A stretch of 64,000 nt of DNA from an uncultured Oscillospiraceae bacterium (GTDB lineage: Bacteria; Bacillota; Clostridia; Oscillospirales; Acutalibacteraceae), in the NCBI GenBank assembly GCA_949289045.1, contig CASEMN010000014.1:2-64001 (forward strand), written 5' to 3'. The stretch's first letter is position 1. Every line of letters starts with the position of its first letter. Below, piece after piece: positions 28,501 to 36,843 of the stretch. Under the pieces are notes generated by a model. The model was given only the letters and a program-made list of their open reading frames with translations. It did not search any database and was not told the DNA's origin. A program made the position numbers and the translations under genes.

Positions 28501-29062
28501 CACAGAGCTTGATAAGATTATAGAAGAAGCTAAAGCACTTCTCGCAACAAATCTTTCTGACAAGTATACAAACGCTTCAATCGATGTTATGAAAGCAGCT
28601 CTTGTTGAAGCTGAGAACATCGACAGAGAGCTTGACGTAAGCGATCAGAGCTATGTTGACGATATAGCACAGGCTCTTCGCAATGCAATTGATGCACTCG
28701 AGCCTTATAACAAGGTAACAGGTGTTGAGATTACACAGAACGGTACAGTAGTAGACGGCGACGTTGCTTATGTAAAGGTACCTTGGTACAAGACATACAA
28801 GAGCCAGTCAACTACACTTGGCTATCAGCTCAGCGGCGACGCAGAAGCAGTGAGCGTCAAATGGGAACTTGCCAACTGGTCTGTTGACAATCCCGAAGCT
28901 GACATCATCGACAACGGCGACGGTACAGTTACAATAAAGCCCAACGGTAGAGGCATCGGAGCACGTTCCTGCTGGGTAAAGGTTACAGTAACTGACGTTA
29001 ACGGAAACACAGTTGAAGATGTAGTTAAAGTACGCTTCTACAACTGGGATTGGCAGAAATAA
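25559..29062 (+). CDS. ~1167-aa secreted protein: unassigned N-terminal beta-rich domain, 12 FIVAR-type repeats, C-terminal Ig-like (Big_2-like) domain
   Basis: ATG 25559 (alternative TTG 25550) after AGAGGTG. Signal peptide ...LALVMALSVMPVAFAAEP. The C-terminus VTGVEITQNG...VKWELANWSVDNPEADIIDNGDGTVTIKPNGRG...VTVTDVNGN resembles bacterial Ig-like group 2 domains. Confidence 0.85.
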   Translation: MKAKKVFSGKRILALILALVMALSVMPVAFAAEPTGPVQQTAGNQVDGVDAGHYVSFRADYQNFVFIQTQDDQAFRFQFNMYAKKNAGVNYGWIYIRDDSHPQTLTTAIGKSFTVDWDNYIGALPGNLFGGNDWRSAVITVNFVADGGKVYDTALQVNYDGRGTGMDGQTHLTWDIPLSVTVIDKRALNSAIAAAKAAEADAEYYTEATWGDVVNALANAQTVAGDVIAQQSVIDKYAQALQLAVDALEYQSADYTALDAAKADAKAILDNEKVDETYTVESLALLREKYDAALQVPADLDVRQQAQIDKAASELADAVAGLVKFASYTLLQSAVNTFNNLNPAYFDADDFAAVKALADEAKEALKPENRLPATEQAKVTEQARNLFAAINGLKMLPANYEAFDVAVSLAKAKLESSEIQNYTAISVKALEDAYLASANVERDKNITYQETVDAATKAITDALAGLTLKGADYTKLDAAIAAAEAELKRSDIADFTDASVQALKDALAAAKGVSRELTVDQQNVIDDARDALVAATHLVLKDADYSALDAAIEAREAELADARQSGKFTDASMARLEAAIGVAKAVDRTYSIKEQSMVDDAVKVLNSVQLEKKAADTSALEAAIEAAQQALNEAGDEYTDESKATLSAAIKTAREVLAQYGGDVDNQEIINKAVTDLESVKLELKKADYSGLDAAIKAAEDFLADPDTENLYTAETIQAVKDALEEAKNFDRNLDITKQDQVDAAAGKLETAMPDESGYKDANLDALKAAIAAADEKLGKEDIADYTDESVEALRAARDDAQAMVDRKPNVTEQEDVDAKAAALNAMELTLKDADYSALEAAVVKATLDYEKAEASGLYTAASLDEFMAAIISANALLDNRNLTIKEQKVVDDAEAALSVELVYKDADLTELVKAIAAAEAKMAAPGYGDYTLASRTALETALAEAKALRDEMPNILKQADVDAAAEKLNNVKLSLQGADYTELDKIIEEAKALLATNLSDKYTNASIDVMKAALVEAENIDRELDVSDQSYVDDIAQALRNAIDALEPYNKVTGVEITQNGTVVDGDVAYVKVPWYKTYKSQSTTLGYQLSGDAEAVSVKWELANWSVDNPEADIIDNGDGTVTIKPNGRGIGARSCWVKVTVTDVNGNTVEDVVKVRFYNWDWQK
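26111..28710 (+). repeat. 12 tandem ~210-bp repeats encoding FIVAR-type three-helix modules
   Basis: Each unit starts near (K/L)..ADY(T/S).LDAAI..A...L and ends ...Q..(V/I)D.A...L..A...L. I counted 12 such starts by eye. Confidence 0.75.
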
Positions 29063-29143
29063 TCAGTTTAATCTAAGCTGAATATTAAAAGCTGAGAAAG
29101 GGCTTCCCGTATTTGCGGGAAGCCCTGTTAGTATATAAATAGC

Positions 29144-29176
29144 AAAATGGACTTCGGTTTATCCGAAGTCCATTTT
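29144..29176. terminator. Bidirectional terminator between convergent genes
   Basis: Perfect 14-bp stem AAAATGGACTTCGG / CCGAAGTCCATTTT with a 5-nt loop and A/T runs on both sides. Confidence 0.8.
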
Positions 29177-29211
29177 AACTATAATTATAAAATTTTATTT
29201 TATGTTTCATT

Positions 29212-29799
29212 TTAATTTTCAAGAGCAGCTTTGACTTTTTGGCGTTTTGCCGTACAAACCAGATCTGCGATGATAAATGTACAGATAATAGTGATTAATG
29301 TGGCTGCCAGCGTAATTTCCGATATATGTAGTCCGCTGGGAGCATATCCTACATTAGCGAAAATAATTATATATTCGCCGATAAGAAAAGCAAAGTAAAC
29401 GATATTTATACAAATGATTCCATAGGTAAATGTTATTTTGGATTTGATTAAGCCGTGAATAGCCAATATGATTCCGGCAAAGGCGATAAACGCAGAAATG
29501 TAAATTAGTATCGGGAAAAATACCCATATTCCGCCGAAAGATATTATTAAAACGATTATTCCCAAAATAAGTGTTTTGGAACGGTCTTTGCTTTTTTCAA
29601 AAAACGATAGCAAAGAGTAAATAAAGGTGATTATAAAAGGGGTAAAAACCAAAATGCCTGTAAGCATTCCATTGATGTGAGGTTCATAGAAAAAAATATT
29701 TAAAACAGCACAGTAAATCAGAAATAAATCCTCGATAATCAGCAGCGCTGTCAAAATCCAACCGCTTAATAAAAATGATTTGAATTTTTTGTCGTTCAT
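29212..29799 (-). CDS. Hypothetical polytopic membrane protein
   Basis: About 6 predicted TM helices. Start at MNDKKFK (ATG 29799, 9 nt after GGAG); the ORF-track start is 29808. Confidence 0.6.
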   Translation of the reverse strand: MNDKKFKSFLLSGWILTALLIIEDLFLIYCAVLNIFFYEPHINGMLTGILVFTPFIITFIYSLLSFFEKSKDRSKTLILGIIVLIISFGGIWVFFPILIYISAFIAFAGIILAIHGLIKSKITFTYGIICINIVYFAFLIGEYIIIFANVGYAPSGLHISEITLAATLITIICTFIIADLVCTAKRQKVKAALEN

Positions 29800-30120
29800 T
29801 ATTTTCATCTCCTTACAGAAGATCGTTTTTCAGTTGATCCTATGTTTTAATATTTTTTGATAATCTCCTCCTTTGGAATTTTAAATTTTCATGTACATAA
29901 AGCCTTAAACAAATTTATTTGTCTGTTTGCAATTTTATAGTATTATCTTTACTCTTTAAAATCAACCTGAATAATGTACAATTAAGTTTTTTGTATTATA
30001 GAAAGGTTTCACAAAGATAGTGACGCTACAAAATGTATACACATCAAAACACAGTGAAAAAACCTATGATAATAAAAAATATCCATTGCAAATTGATGCA
30101 ACGGATATTTTTAAGTCTTT

Positions 30121-30609
30121 TTATGTGTCAAGTTCAATATAATACAACATTTGATTATCGGCATCATACACTGCCAGTGATAAATTGAAAGAACCTCTGT
30201 CGAATATTTTTGTATCGTCACGTGAATTTTCTGCCTCGGCATGTCTGTCATAAAAAGTATAAAAGCCTTTTTTTATCTGTGGAACAAAAGTTTTTCCGCT
30301 GTCAGCTTTATTTTCCCCTATTGTTTCATATAATAAAGTTTCTATATTGGGAGAAAAGGGGACTTGTTTCCAGACGTGACTGTTTTTTATAGTATTTTCT
30401 ATATCTGTGTTCGAGCAGTCATATATTTCACATTTGAGTCCGTCGCCGTGAAATCCTCCGTGGGTATCGTATACTGAAAGGGGCTTGTAATCCGATAAAT
30501 CTATTCCGGTAATTTCTTTATATTCTTCACCGGCGTTGGTTGTACATCCGGCGAGGACAAAGAGCAGCAGAACAGATACCAATATTATAGATAACCTGCG
30601 TTTTTTCAT
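30121..30609 (-). CDS. Hypothetical lipoprotein
   Basis: Signal peptide with lipobox LLFVLAGC. Starts 3 nt after the stop of the HTH gene. Confidence 0.65.
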   Translation of the reverse strand: MKKRRLSIILVSVLLLFVLAGCTTNAGEEYKEITGIDLSDYKPLSVYDTHGGFHGDGLKCEIYDCSNTDIENTIKNSHVWKQVPFSPNIETLLYETIGENKADSGKTFVPQIKKGFYTFYDRHAEAENSRDDTKIFDRGSFNLSLAVYDADNQMLYYIELDT

Positions 30610-30612
30610 AAA

Positions 30613-30846
30613 TCATACCTCTTTTGTGTCTTTCGGAGCGGGACGATATTCCAGAATATCGCCGGGCTGACAGTCAAGAGCGGAACAGAGTTTGCATAAA
30701 GTGGATATTTTAAGGGCTTTGGCTTTTCCGTTTTTCAAAATGGATATGTTAGCCATTGTGATACCTACTTTTTGTGAAAGTTCAGTTACGCTCATTTTAC
30801 GTTTTGCCAGCATAACGTCAATGTTAAAAATGATTTCATCTTCCAT
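30613..30846 (-). CDS. Small XRE-family HTH regulator (YozG-like)
   Basis: MSVTELSQKVGITMANISILKNGKAKALKISTLCKLCSALDCQPGDILEY matches the YozG-type small HTH proteins that pair with DUF2975. Confidence 0.85.
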   Translation of the reverse strand: MEDEIIFNIDVMLAKRKMSVTELSQKVGITMANISILKNGKAKALKISTLCKLCSALDCQPGDILEYRPAPKDTKEV

Positions 30847-30856
30847 GGTATTCTCC

Positions 30857-31336
30857 TTATATGGTTAAATCGCTTTGTTCCTGAAGCTGTGCAGCCTGAT
30901 TTGCCAGATGAGCAAAAGCTTTGGAGATGACTGCGATTGTAATTCCGGCAAAAACAACTCCAATTGAGCATAGAACAACGCTTGGATGATTCATGTTCAT
31001 AAGCAGAAGAATTATATTACCGACAAAAAAGAATATTGCATCTGCAAGTGCAAGAGCAGAAATTTTACTGAAACGTTTTGAATTTTCGTAAGAAAAAGCT
31101 TTGTTTTCAGCAATACTTTTTGCTATCTGCCACATAAAGCACAAAACAAGATAGCAGGGAATGCCTGAAATCCAAAGAAAGATGAGCCAAGGGTAATAAT
31201 AACTTTGGGTTTCGGGATAGCTTTGCACTATCATATGGCCAATAGTGGGAAATGCCCAAAAGTAAATTAAAGCTCCGCAAACAGCCATTGAGATTATCAC
31301 AGCCTTAAGCTGTTTTGACAGTGATTGTTTAAACAT
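30857..31336 (-). CDS. DUF2975-family membrane protein
   Basis: Four TM helices and the typical pairing with a YozG-like HTH gene. Start at MFKQSL... behind AAAGGAGG (the ORF-track start is 31375). Confidence 0.7.
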   Translation of the reverse strand: MFKQSLSKQLKAVIISMAVCGALIYFWAFPTIGHMIVQSYPETQSYYYPWLIFLWISGIPCYLVLCFMWQIAKSIAENKAFSYENSKRFSKISALALADAIFFFVGNIILLLMNMNHPSVVLCSIGVVFAGITIAVISKAFAHLANQAAQLQEQSDLTI

Positions 31337-31474
31337 AAATTTTCCTCCTTTGCTTTTGTGGTTACAGTATAGCACAGCAATTTTAGTATGTCAATAAAAA
31401 TTTATCGTATCACAATAAATTTTTGACGTAAAAAACTGCAAGTCTGATGCCTTTAATCAAACTTGCAGTTTCTT

Positions 31475-31823
31475 TGGTGGAGATGGCGGTAATCGAAACC
31501 GCGTCCGAAAACCCCTTGCCACAACTTTCTACGAGCGTATCCTTTCTTTTAAATCTCCCGCAGCTTCACGCCGAAAGGCAGGCTTAAAGCTTTGGCAGCC
31601 TCTGAGTCATGACAGCCTTAGAGGTATGGGGCTGTTCACGTTCACTGCTAATCGACGTTCTTATCCGAACCGCAGTACTTTCGGTAAGAACGGGCGCCTA
31701 ATTAGGCAGCCTGTAAAGAAACGTTTTTGTCGTTTATTTTTAAAAGTTGCGGATTTTATAGCGGTCCCGCACCGCTGCTCGCTTATCATGGTTCAGAATC
31801 CCCGTCGAAATCCTTTCATCCCC
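31475..31823 (-). ncRNA. ssrA: tmRNA (SsrA)
   Basis: Minus strand starts GGGGAUGAAAGGAUUUCGACGGGG and ends GGACGCGGUUUCGAUUACCGCCAUCUCCACCA. The acceptor stem has the G3-U pair. There is an internal tag frame ...AAC GAC AAA AAC GUU UCU UUA CAG GCU GCC UAA. It lies directly downstream of smpB. Confidence 0.9.
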
Positions 31824-31852
31824 ATGTTATTTAAAAGAGAATGGCAGGGGAG

Positions 31853-32317
31853 TTAACCCATGCGCTCCTTAACGGCACGTTCCATGTCGCGTTTAGCACT
31901 CTTTCTTGCCATATCCTCTCTTTTGTCGTAATTTTTCTTACCCTTACAAAGCCCTACCTGTATTTTTAGTCTGCCCTTTTTAAAATATGCAGACAGTGGA
32001 ATAAGGGTATATCCCTGCTGTTTCATAAGGCCGTAAAGGCGATTGATTTCACGCTTGTGTAAAAGGAGCTTTCGTACTCTTAAAGGATCACGGTTAAAGA
32101 TGTTTCCGTGGTCATAAGGGCTTATATGCATACCTCTTACAAAGATTTCACCGCCGTCTATTGAGCACCATGCGTCTTTAAGGTTGATTCTGCCGTTTCT
32201 CACGGATTTAACTTCAGTGCCGAAAAGCTCAATGCCGGCTTCAAGGCTTTCAATAACAAAATAGTCATGAAAGGCTTTTTTGTTATTTGCAACTGTCTGT
32301 AATTCACTTGATGCCAA
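31853..32317 (-). CDS. smpB: SsrA-binding protein SmpB
   Basis: ...[33 protein letters not shown]... is typical of SmpB. TTG start 9 nt after AAGGAG. Confidence 0.9.
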   Translation of the reverse strand: MASSELQTVANNKKAFHDYFVIESLEAGIELFGTEVKSVRNGRINLKDAWCSIDGGEIFVRGMHISPYDHGNIFNRDPLRVRKLLLHKREINRLYGLMKQQGYTLIPLSAYFKKGRLKIQVGLCKGKKNYDKREDMARKSAKRDMERAVKERMG

Positions 32318-32405
32318 AGCCTTTCACTCCTTTTTGTTTTATGTGGATAGAAATTATATCACAAAGATTTTAAAAATCAAGTCTAAAATCGTCTTTTGGC
32401 AAATA

Positions 32406-33002
32406 TTATAAAATGCGTCTGCCTTCAATGGCCCTTGAAAGGGTTACTTCGTCGGCATACTCAAGGTCTGCACCTACTGGAACACCGTATGCCAAACGGC
32501 TCACTGTAACACCGAGAGGCTTTAAAAGCTTTGAAATGTACATTGCCGTAGCTTCACCCTCAATAGTGGGGTTGGTGGCAAGGATAATCTCCCTTACGCT
32601 GTCGTCAATCCTTTTAAGCAGCTCTTTAATGGTGAGCTGATCGGGACCCACTCCGTTCATAGGAGAAATTGCGCCATGAAGCACATGGTATGTACCTTTG
32701 TATTCACGGGTGCGTTCAATGGCTATTACATCTCTTGGATCTTCAACAACGCAGATTACGCCCTTGTCTCTTGTTTCACTTGCACATATTGAGCACTTTT
32801 CGCCGTCTGCAAGATTGCAGCAGACAGAGCATTTGCGTATTTTTTTATGTGCCTGAGTAATTGCATCGGCAAACTCCTCAGCCTTCTGGTCGGGGAGATT
32901 AAGCACATAAAAAGCCATTCTCTGTGCGCTTTTTTTGCCGACACCCGGCATACGCTCAAACTGCTCGATAAGCTTTGCAAGGGGAGCAATATCATAGCCC
33001 AT
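32406..33002 (-). CDS. recR: Recombination protein RecR
   Basis: [13 protein letters not shown], a C4 zinc finger (CSVCCNL...CSIC) and a Toprim region [10 protein letters not shown]. The ATG overlaps the ybaB stop (TAATG). Confidence 0.95.
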   Translation of the reverse strand: MGYDIAPLAKLIEQFERMPGVGKKSAQRMAFYVLNLPDQKAEEFADAITQAHKKIRKCSVCCNLADGEKCSICASETRDKGVICVVEDPRDVIAIERTREYKGTYHVLHGAISPMNGVGPDQLTIKELLKRIDDSVREIILATNPTIEGEATAMYISKLLKPLGVTVSRLAYGVPVGADLEYADEVTLSRAIEGRRIL

Positions 33003-33352
33003 TAAAACAATCCTCCGGGCATTCCGGGAATATTAAGTCCGCCTGTAACCTTGTTCATTTCGTTTTCCATTGTATCGTTAGCCTTGCGGATAGCTTCATT
33101 GAATGCAGCAGTAATAAGGTCTTCAAGCATTTCGATATCTTCGGGATCTACAACGTCGGGCTTAATGTCGATTTTCTGAACTTCATGTTTGCCGTTTACT
33201 GTAACGGAAACAGTTCCGCCGCCAACGGTAGCAGAGTATTCAGCCTCTTCGACTTCCTGCTGAACTCTTGCCATTTCGTTCTGCATTTCCTGAATCTTCT
33301 TCATCATGTTTGCCTGTGACATATTGCTCTGTCCGGGTATTCTTGCTTTCAT
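33002..33352 (-). CDS. ybaB: YbaB/EbfC-family nucleoid-associated protein
   Basis: [21 protein letters not shown]...[17 protein letters not shown]... is typical of the family. GGAGGA RBS. Confidence 0.9.
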   Translation of the reverse strand: MKARIPGQSNMSQANMMKKIQEMQNEMARVQQEVEEAEYSATVGGGTVSVTVNGKHEVQKIDIKPDVVDPEDIEMLEDLITAAFNEAIRKANDTMENEMNKVTGGLNIPGMPGGLF

Positions 33353-33372
33353 TATTGTTTCCTCCGTTTAAT

Positions 33373-35130
33373 TCACTTAACCGAAAATGGAACATCGGTT
33401 TCATCTATTTTTTTTATGAGATCCGCAAGGGGATCTTTTTTAGGCGCTGCGGCTCCCGAATCAGGAGCACGGTAAACGCCGAGTCTGTATTTTTGTCCCG
33501 TAACCTGAATTACAGCCTGATTAATCATAGCCACATGATTGTCCTTTTTAAGGAAAGCCGAAAGTACAGGGTTAGGTGATTTTATAAGCAGACGATTACC
33601 GTCTCTTATAAATGCAGATGAGCCGTTTAAAATTCCTACAAGAGGCTTGTCGGTTTTGCTAAGCTCTGCAAGAACTTCGGGCCACATATTAAAGTTTGAA
33701 TCACCCTTTGAAGCGGGAAGGGGTGCATTAGGTTCTGCTTTTGGTGCAGGTGCTTCGGGAACAGGAGCAGAATCAATAGGTGGAGCCTGAACAGGTGCTC
33801 TTTCAACTGGTTCCTGTACTGGTGCATTGTTTGCGGGAGCAGGTTCCACATCCCAGGGCGGCAGATCGTCCTGAGGCTCGGAAGCTTTGGAAGCTGGAGC
33901 AGGTGCTTTGACAACGGGTTCTGCTTTTGTTTCTACCACAGTCTGAGCAGAAGGGGCGGAAGGAGCGGCAGCGGGTAATACTGCACCGTTTTTAATCATA
34001 TTTTCAAGTACGGATATTCTTTCGAGAATCGCTTCGGTGCTTTTGCTCAGTTTTGGTGAGCAAAGCTTTATGAGGGTCATCTCCATTTTTATGCGTCTGT
34101 CTGCACCGTTTCTGAGACTCTCGAGAGCTTTCTGTAAAAGGTCGAGAGCGTAAAGAATCTGTTCGAGAGTAAAGCGTGATGCCTCGTCTTTTATGCGGCT
34201 TAGCTCATCGTCTGTACAGATGATAAGCTCTGAGGGAGAGGGCATTGTTTTGCATATCATAAAGTTTCTGAAATGCTCTGTAAGCTCTGTACACAGCCGC
34301 TCCATATCGCAGGAGCTGTTGTGGAGAGAGTCTATTATTTCGAGAACTTTTTTACAGTCATGATTTATTACGGCGTCGGAAACGGCAAAGAGATAATCTC
34401 TGCCTGCAAGTCCGGCTGATTTACGTACCGTTTCGGCGTTTACCTCTTTGTTTTCCCCAGCGCACTGGTCGAGAAGTGAAAGAGCATCACGCATACCGCC
34501 GTCGGCAATTCTTGCAATAAGCATTGCACCGTCGTCGGTGAGGTTTATGTTTTCTTCTTCTGCTATATATTTAAGTCTGCCGGTTATATCTTCCGGAGCT
34601 ATGCGGCGGAAATCGAACCGCTGGCATCTTGAAAGAATGGTGGCAGGAAGCTTATGAACTTCCGTAGTCGCCAGAATAAACATTACATATTCGGGAGGTT
34701 CTTCCAGAGTTTTCAAAAGTGCATTGAAAGCTCCGATTGAAAGCATATGAACCTCATCTATTATATATACTCTGTATTTTGCCTTCGATGGAGTAAAGTT
34801 CGTCTCTTCTCTCAAATCTCTTATGTTGTCAACGCCGTTGTTGCTGGCTGCGTCTATTTCAACAACATCGAGAATGGAGCCTGAATCGATACCCTTGCAA
34901 ATTTCACATTCGTTGCAGGGATTTCCATCTATGGGGTTAAGACAGTTAACTGCTTTTGCGAGAATTTTTGCACATGTGGTTTTACCTGTTCCCCTGGAAC
35001 CTGTAAAAAGATATGCATGGGCAAGTCTGCCCGCTTTAAGTTCATTTGTAAGGGTGGATGTGATATGAGGCTGACCTACAACGTCGAAAAAGACTTTAGG
35101 ACGCCATTTTCTGTACAGTACCTGATACAA
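33373..35130 (-). CDS. dnaX: DNA polymerase III subunit gamma/tau
   Basis: YQVLYRKWRP..F..VVGQ.HI, Walker A GSRGTGKTT and a zinc module CNECEIC. Start set at TTG 35130, 7 nt behind GGGAGGG. The ORF-track N-terminal extension overlaps the SRP RNA. Confidence 0.9.
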   Translation of the reverse strand: MYQVLYRKWRPKVFFDVVGQPHITSTLTNELKAGRLAHAYLFTGSRGTGKTTCAKILAKAVNCLNPIDGNPCNECEICKGIDSGSILDVVEIDAASNNGVDNIRDLREETNFTPSKAKYRVYIIDEVHMLSIGAFNALLKTLEEPPEYVMFILATTEVHKLPATILSRCQRFDFRRIAPEDITGRLKYIAEEENINLTDDGAMLIARIADGGMRDALSLLDQCAGENKEVNAETVRKSAGLAGRDYLFAVSDAVINHDCKKVLEIIDSLHNSSCDMERLCTELTEHFRNFMICKTMPSPSELIICTDDELSRIKDEASRFTLEQILYALDLLQKALESLRNGADRRIKMEMTLIKLCSPKLSKSTEAILERISVLENMIKNGAVLPAAAPSAPSAQTVVETKAEPVVKAPAPASKASEPQDDLPPWDVEPAPANNAPVQEPVERAPVQAPPIDSAPVPEAPAPKAEPNAPLPASKGDSNFNMWPEVLAELSKTDKPLVGILNGSSAFIRDGNRLLIKSPNPVLSAFLKKDNHVAMINQAVIQVTGQKYRLGVYRAPDSGAAAPKKDPLADLIKKIDETDVPFSVK

Positions 35131-35162
35131 AATTAAACCCTCCCTTAGTAAAATCAAGACAG

Positions 35163-35354
35163 AAAAAAAGAACCCTGTCCCTTTGGTCACACGGTGTGCA
35201 GGCGAAACTGTGGCGCACAACGCTAACCGCTTAATGCTGCTCGGTTCCCCGCCTGACATGGTTCACGGCGTGTTGCCGCACAGAACCCACACACCGCATG
35301 ACCAACTGGACACGATTCCAACGGTTTGTGCCGAATAAAACACAGCACAATTCC
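35163..35354 (-). ncRNA. ffs: Signal recognition particle RNA (ffs/scRNA)
   Basis: Minus strand contains the domain IV core GUCAGGCGGGGAACCGAGCAGC (compare E. coli GUCAGGUCCGGAAGGAAGCAGC, with compensatory stem changes around the GGAA loop). It sits inside a long helix (GGUCAUGCGGUGUG...CACACCGUGUGACC) and ends in a U-run. The position upstream of dnaX matches B. subtilis. Ends are approximate. Confidence 0.8.
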
Positions 35355-35359
35355 TATAT

Positions 35360-35388
35360 ATTATAATATATGACTTCTTTATTGGCAA
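35360..35388 (-). promoter_or_regulatory. Promoter of the SRP RNA gene
   Basis: Minus strand TTGCCA (35388-35383), 17-bp spacer, TATAAT (35365-35360). Confidence 0.6.
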
Positions 35389-35534
35389 GTAAAATTTGAA
35401 GATAAAAAAATATTTTGACTGTACTGTTTTAAAAATTGAAATCCAAAAATATTTTTTAAATTTATGTTTTTTGTTGTTTATCTAATCTCTATGTGATAAA
35501 ATCAATTTAGCTATAAAATCAGGAGGCATAGTAA

Positions 35535-36437
35535 ATGGAAATAATCGAGATAATTAAAACCATAATTATCGGCATAATTCAGGGTATAACCGAATGGCTT
35601 CCCATAAGCAGTACGGGACACATGATTCTCGCAAACGAGTTTTTAAAGCTCAACGTTTCCGAAAGCTTTTGGCAGATGTTCCTTGTAGTTATTCAGTTCG
35701 GTTCTATTCTTGCAGTTGTTGTTCTTTATTTCGGTAAGCTTAATCCTTTCTCTGCAACTCACAGAAAAAACTATATTAAAGAAAACCCAAATGCAGGATT
35801 TTTTGCAAAACAGTGGGCTATTTTTAAGCCGGAGACAGTTTCCCTTTGGCTTAAGGTAATTGTAGCTGTTGTTCCTGCCGGTATAATCGGAGTTCTCTTT
35901 GATGATTTCCTTGAGGAAAAGCTTTATAATTACATTACAGTTGCAATTACACTTATCCTTTACGGTATTCTCTTCATACTTCTTGAGAATAATCCGAAGA
36001 AGCCTAAAATTAAGGATTTCGATAGTATTACTTATAAGACAGCCCTTCTTATCGGTGCTTTTCAGGTGCTCGCTCTTATTCCCGGTACATCACGTTCCGG
36101 TTCAACAATTCTCGGCGCTGTATTCCTTGGATGCTCAAGAGCTGTTGCCGCTGAATTCTCCTTCTTCCTTGCAATACCGGTAATGCTTGGAGCAAGCGTG
36201 CTGAAAATGGGCAAATATGCCATGGAGCAAAGTGAAGCCGGTCTCGCTCTCTTTACTTCAAACGAATGGGTAACTCTTATTCTGGGAATGGTAGTTGCCT
36301 TTGTTGTTTCTCTCTTTGCAATTAAGTTCCTTGTAAATTTTGTAAAGAAGCACGATTTCAAGGTGTTCGGTTATTACCGCATAGTTCTCGGTATAATTGT
36401 TATTGTTTATTTCCTTGCAAAGACTTTTGCATTTTAA
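35535..36437 (+). CDS. uppP: Undecaprenyl-diphosphate phosphatase
   Basis: GIIQGITEWLPISSTGHMIL and ALIPGTSRSGSTI motifs of BacA/UppP. Confidence 0.95.
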   Translation: MEIIEIIKTIIIGIIQGITEWLPISSTGHMILANEFLKLNVSESFWQMFLVVIQFGSILAVVVLYFGKLNPFSATHRKNYIKENPNAGFFAKQWAIFKPETVSLWLKVIVAVVPAGIIGVLFDDFLEEKLYNYITVAITLILYGILFILLENNPKKPKIKDFDSITYKTALLIGAFQVLALIPGTSRSGSTILGAVFLGCSRAVAAEFSFFLAIPVMLGASVLKMGKYAMEQSEAGLALFTSNEWVTLILGMVVAFVVSLFAIKFLVNFVKKHDFKVFGYYRIVLGIIVIVYFLAKTFAF

Positions 36438-36458
36438 GTAAAAAGAAATCATATGAAA

Positions 36459-36492
36459 ACCGGGTTTCACTTTTTAGTGAAATCCGGTTTTT
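36459..36492 (+). terminator. Rho-independent terminator
   Basis: ACCGGGTTTCAC...GTGAAATCCGGT followed by TTTTT. Confidence 0.75.
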
Positions 36493-36507
36493 GTATGAAT
36501 AAATTTA

Positions 36508-36843
36508 TCAGAATACAAAATAATCAAGAATAAGCCTTAAAATAAGCACTCCTGCACAGGAGCAAAGGGCAACTGTGAGCAGACTTTTTTCAAACATTGC
36601 CAATACTAATGCAATAACAACGCCGAAACTTGCGCTTATTATTGCGGATGTGCCTTCTCCGGCGCCAAAGAATATCGCCGGAAATGTCATAGCGGCAAGT
36701 ACCGCATAAGGAATGTAATAGAGGAACGATTTTATAAATCGGCTTTTGATTTTCTTTCTGAATACTGCGAGAGGGATTGCTCTTATAAGATATGTAACCC
36801 CTGCCATAACTGCTATGTAAATAAGAAGGGAGGAGGTGGTCAT
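36508..36843 (-). CDS. azlD: Branched-chain amino acid transport protein AzlD
   Basis: Small 4-TM protein. The ATG overlaps the azlC stop by 1 nt. Confidence 0.8.
   Translation of the reverse strand: MTTSSLLIYIAVMAGVTYLIRAIPLAVFRKKIKSRFIKSFLYYIPYAVLAAMTFPAIFFGAGEGTSAIISASFGVVIALVLAMFEKSLLTVALCSCAGVLILRLILDYFVF

Noticed and set aside
31626-31856. 76-aa ORF on the plus strand
   Set aside because: It lies antisense within the tmRNA gene and has no RBS.
35131-35259. N-terminal 43 codons of the long dnaX ORF
   Set aside because: They overlap the SRP RNA and its terminator. A proper RBS plus TTG at 35130 gives the conserved DnaX N-terminus.
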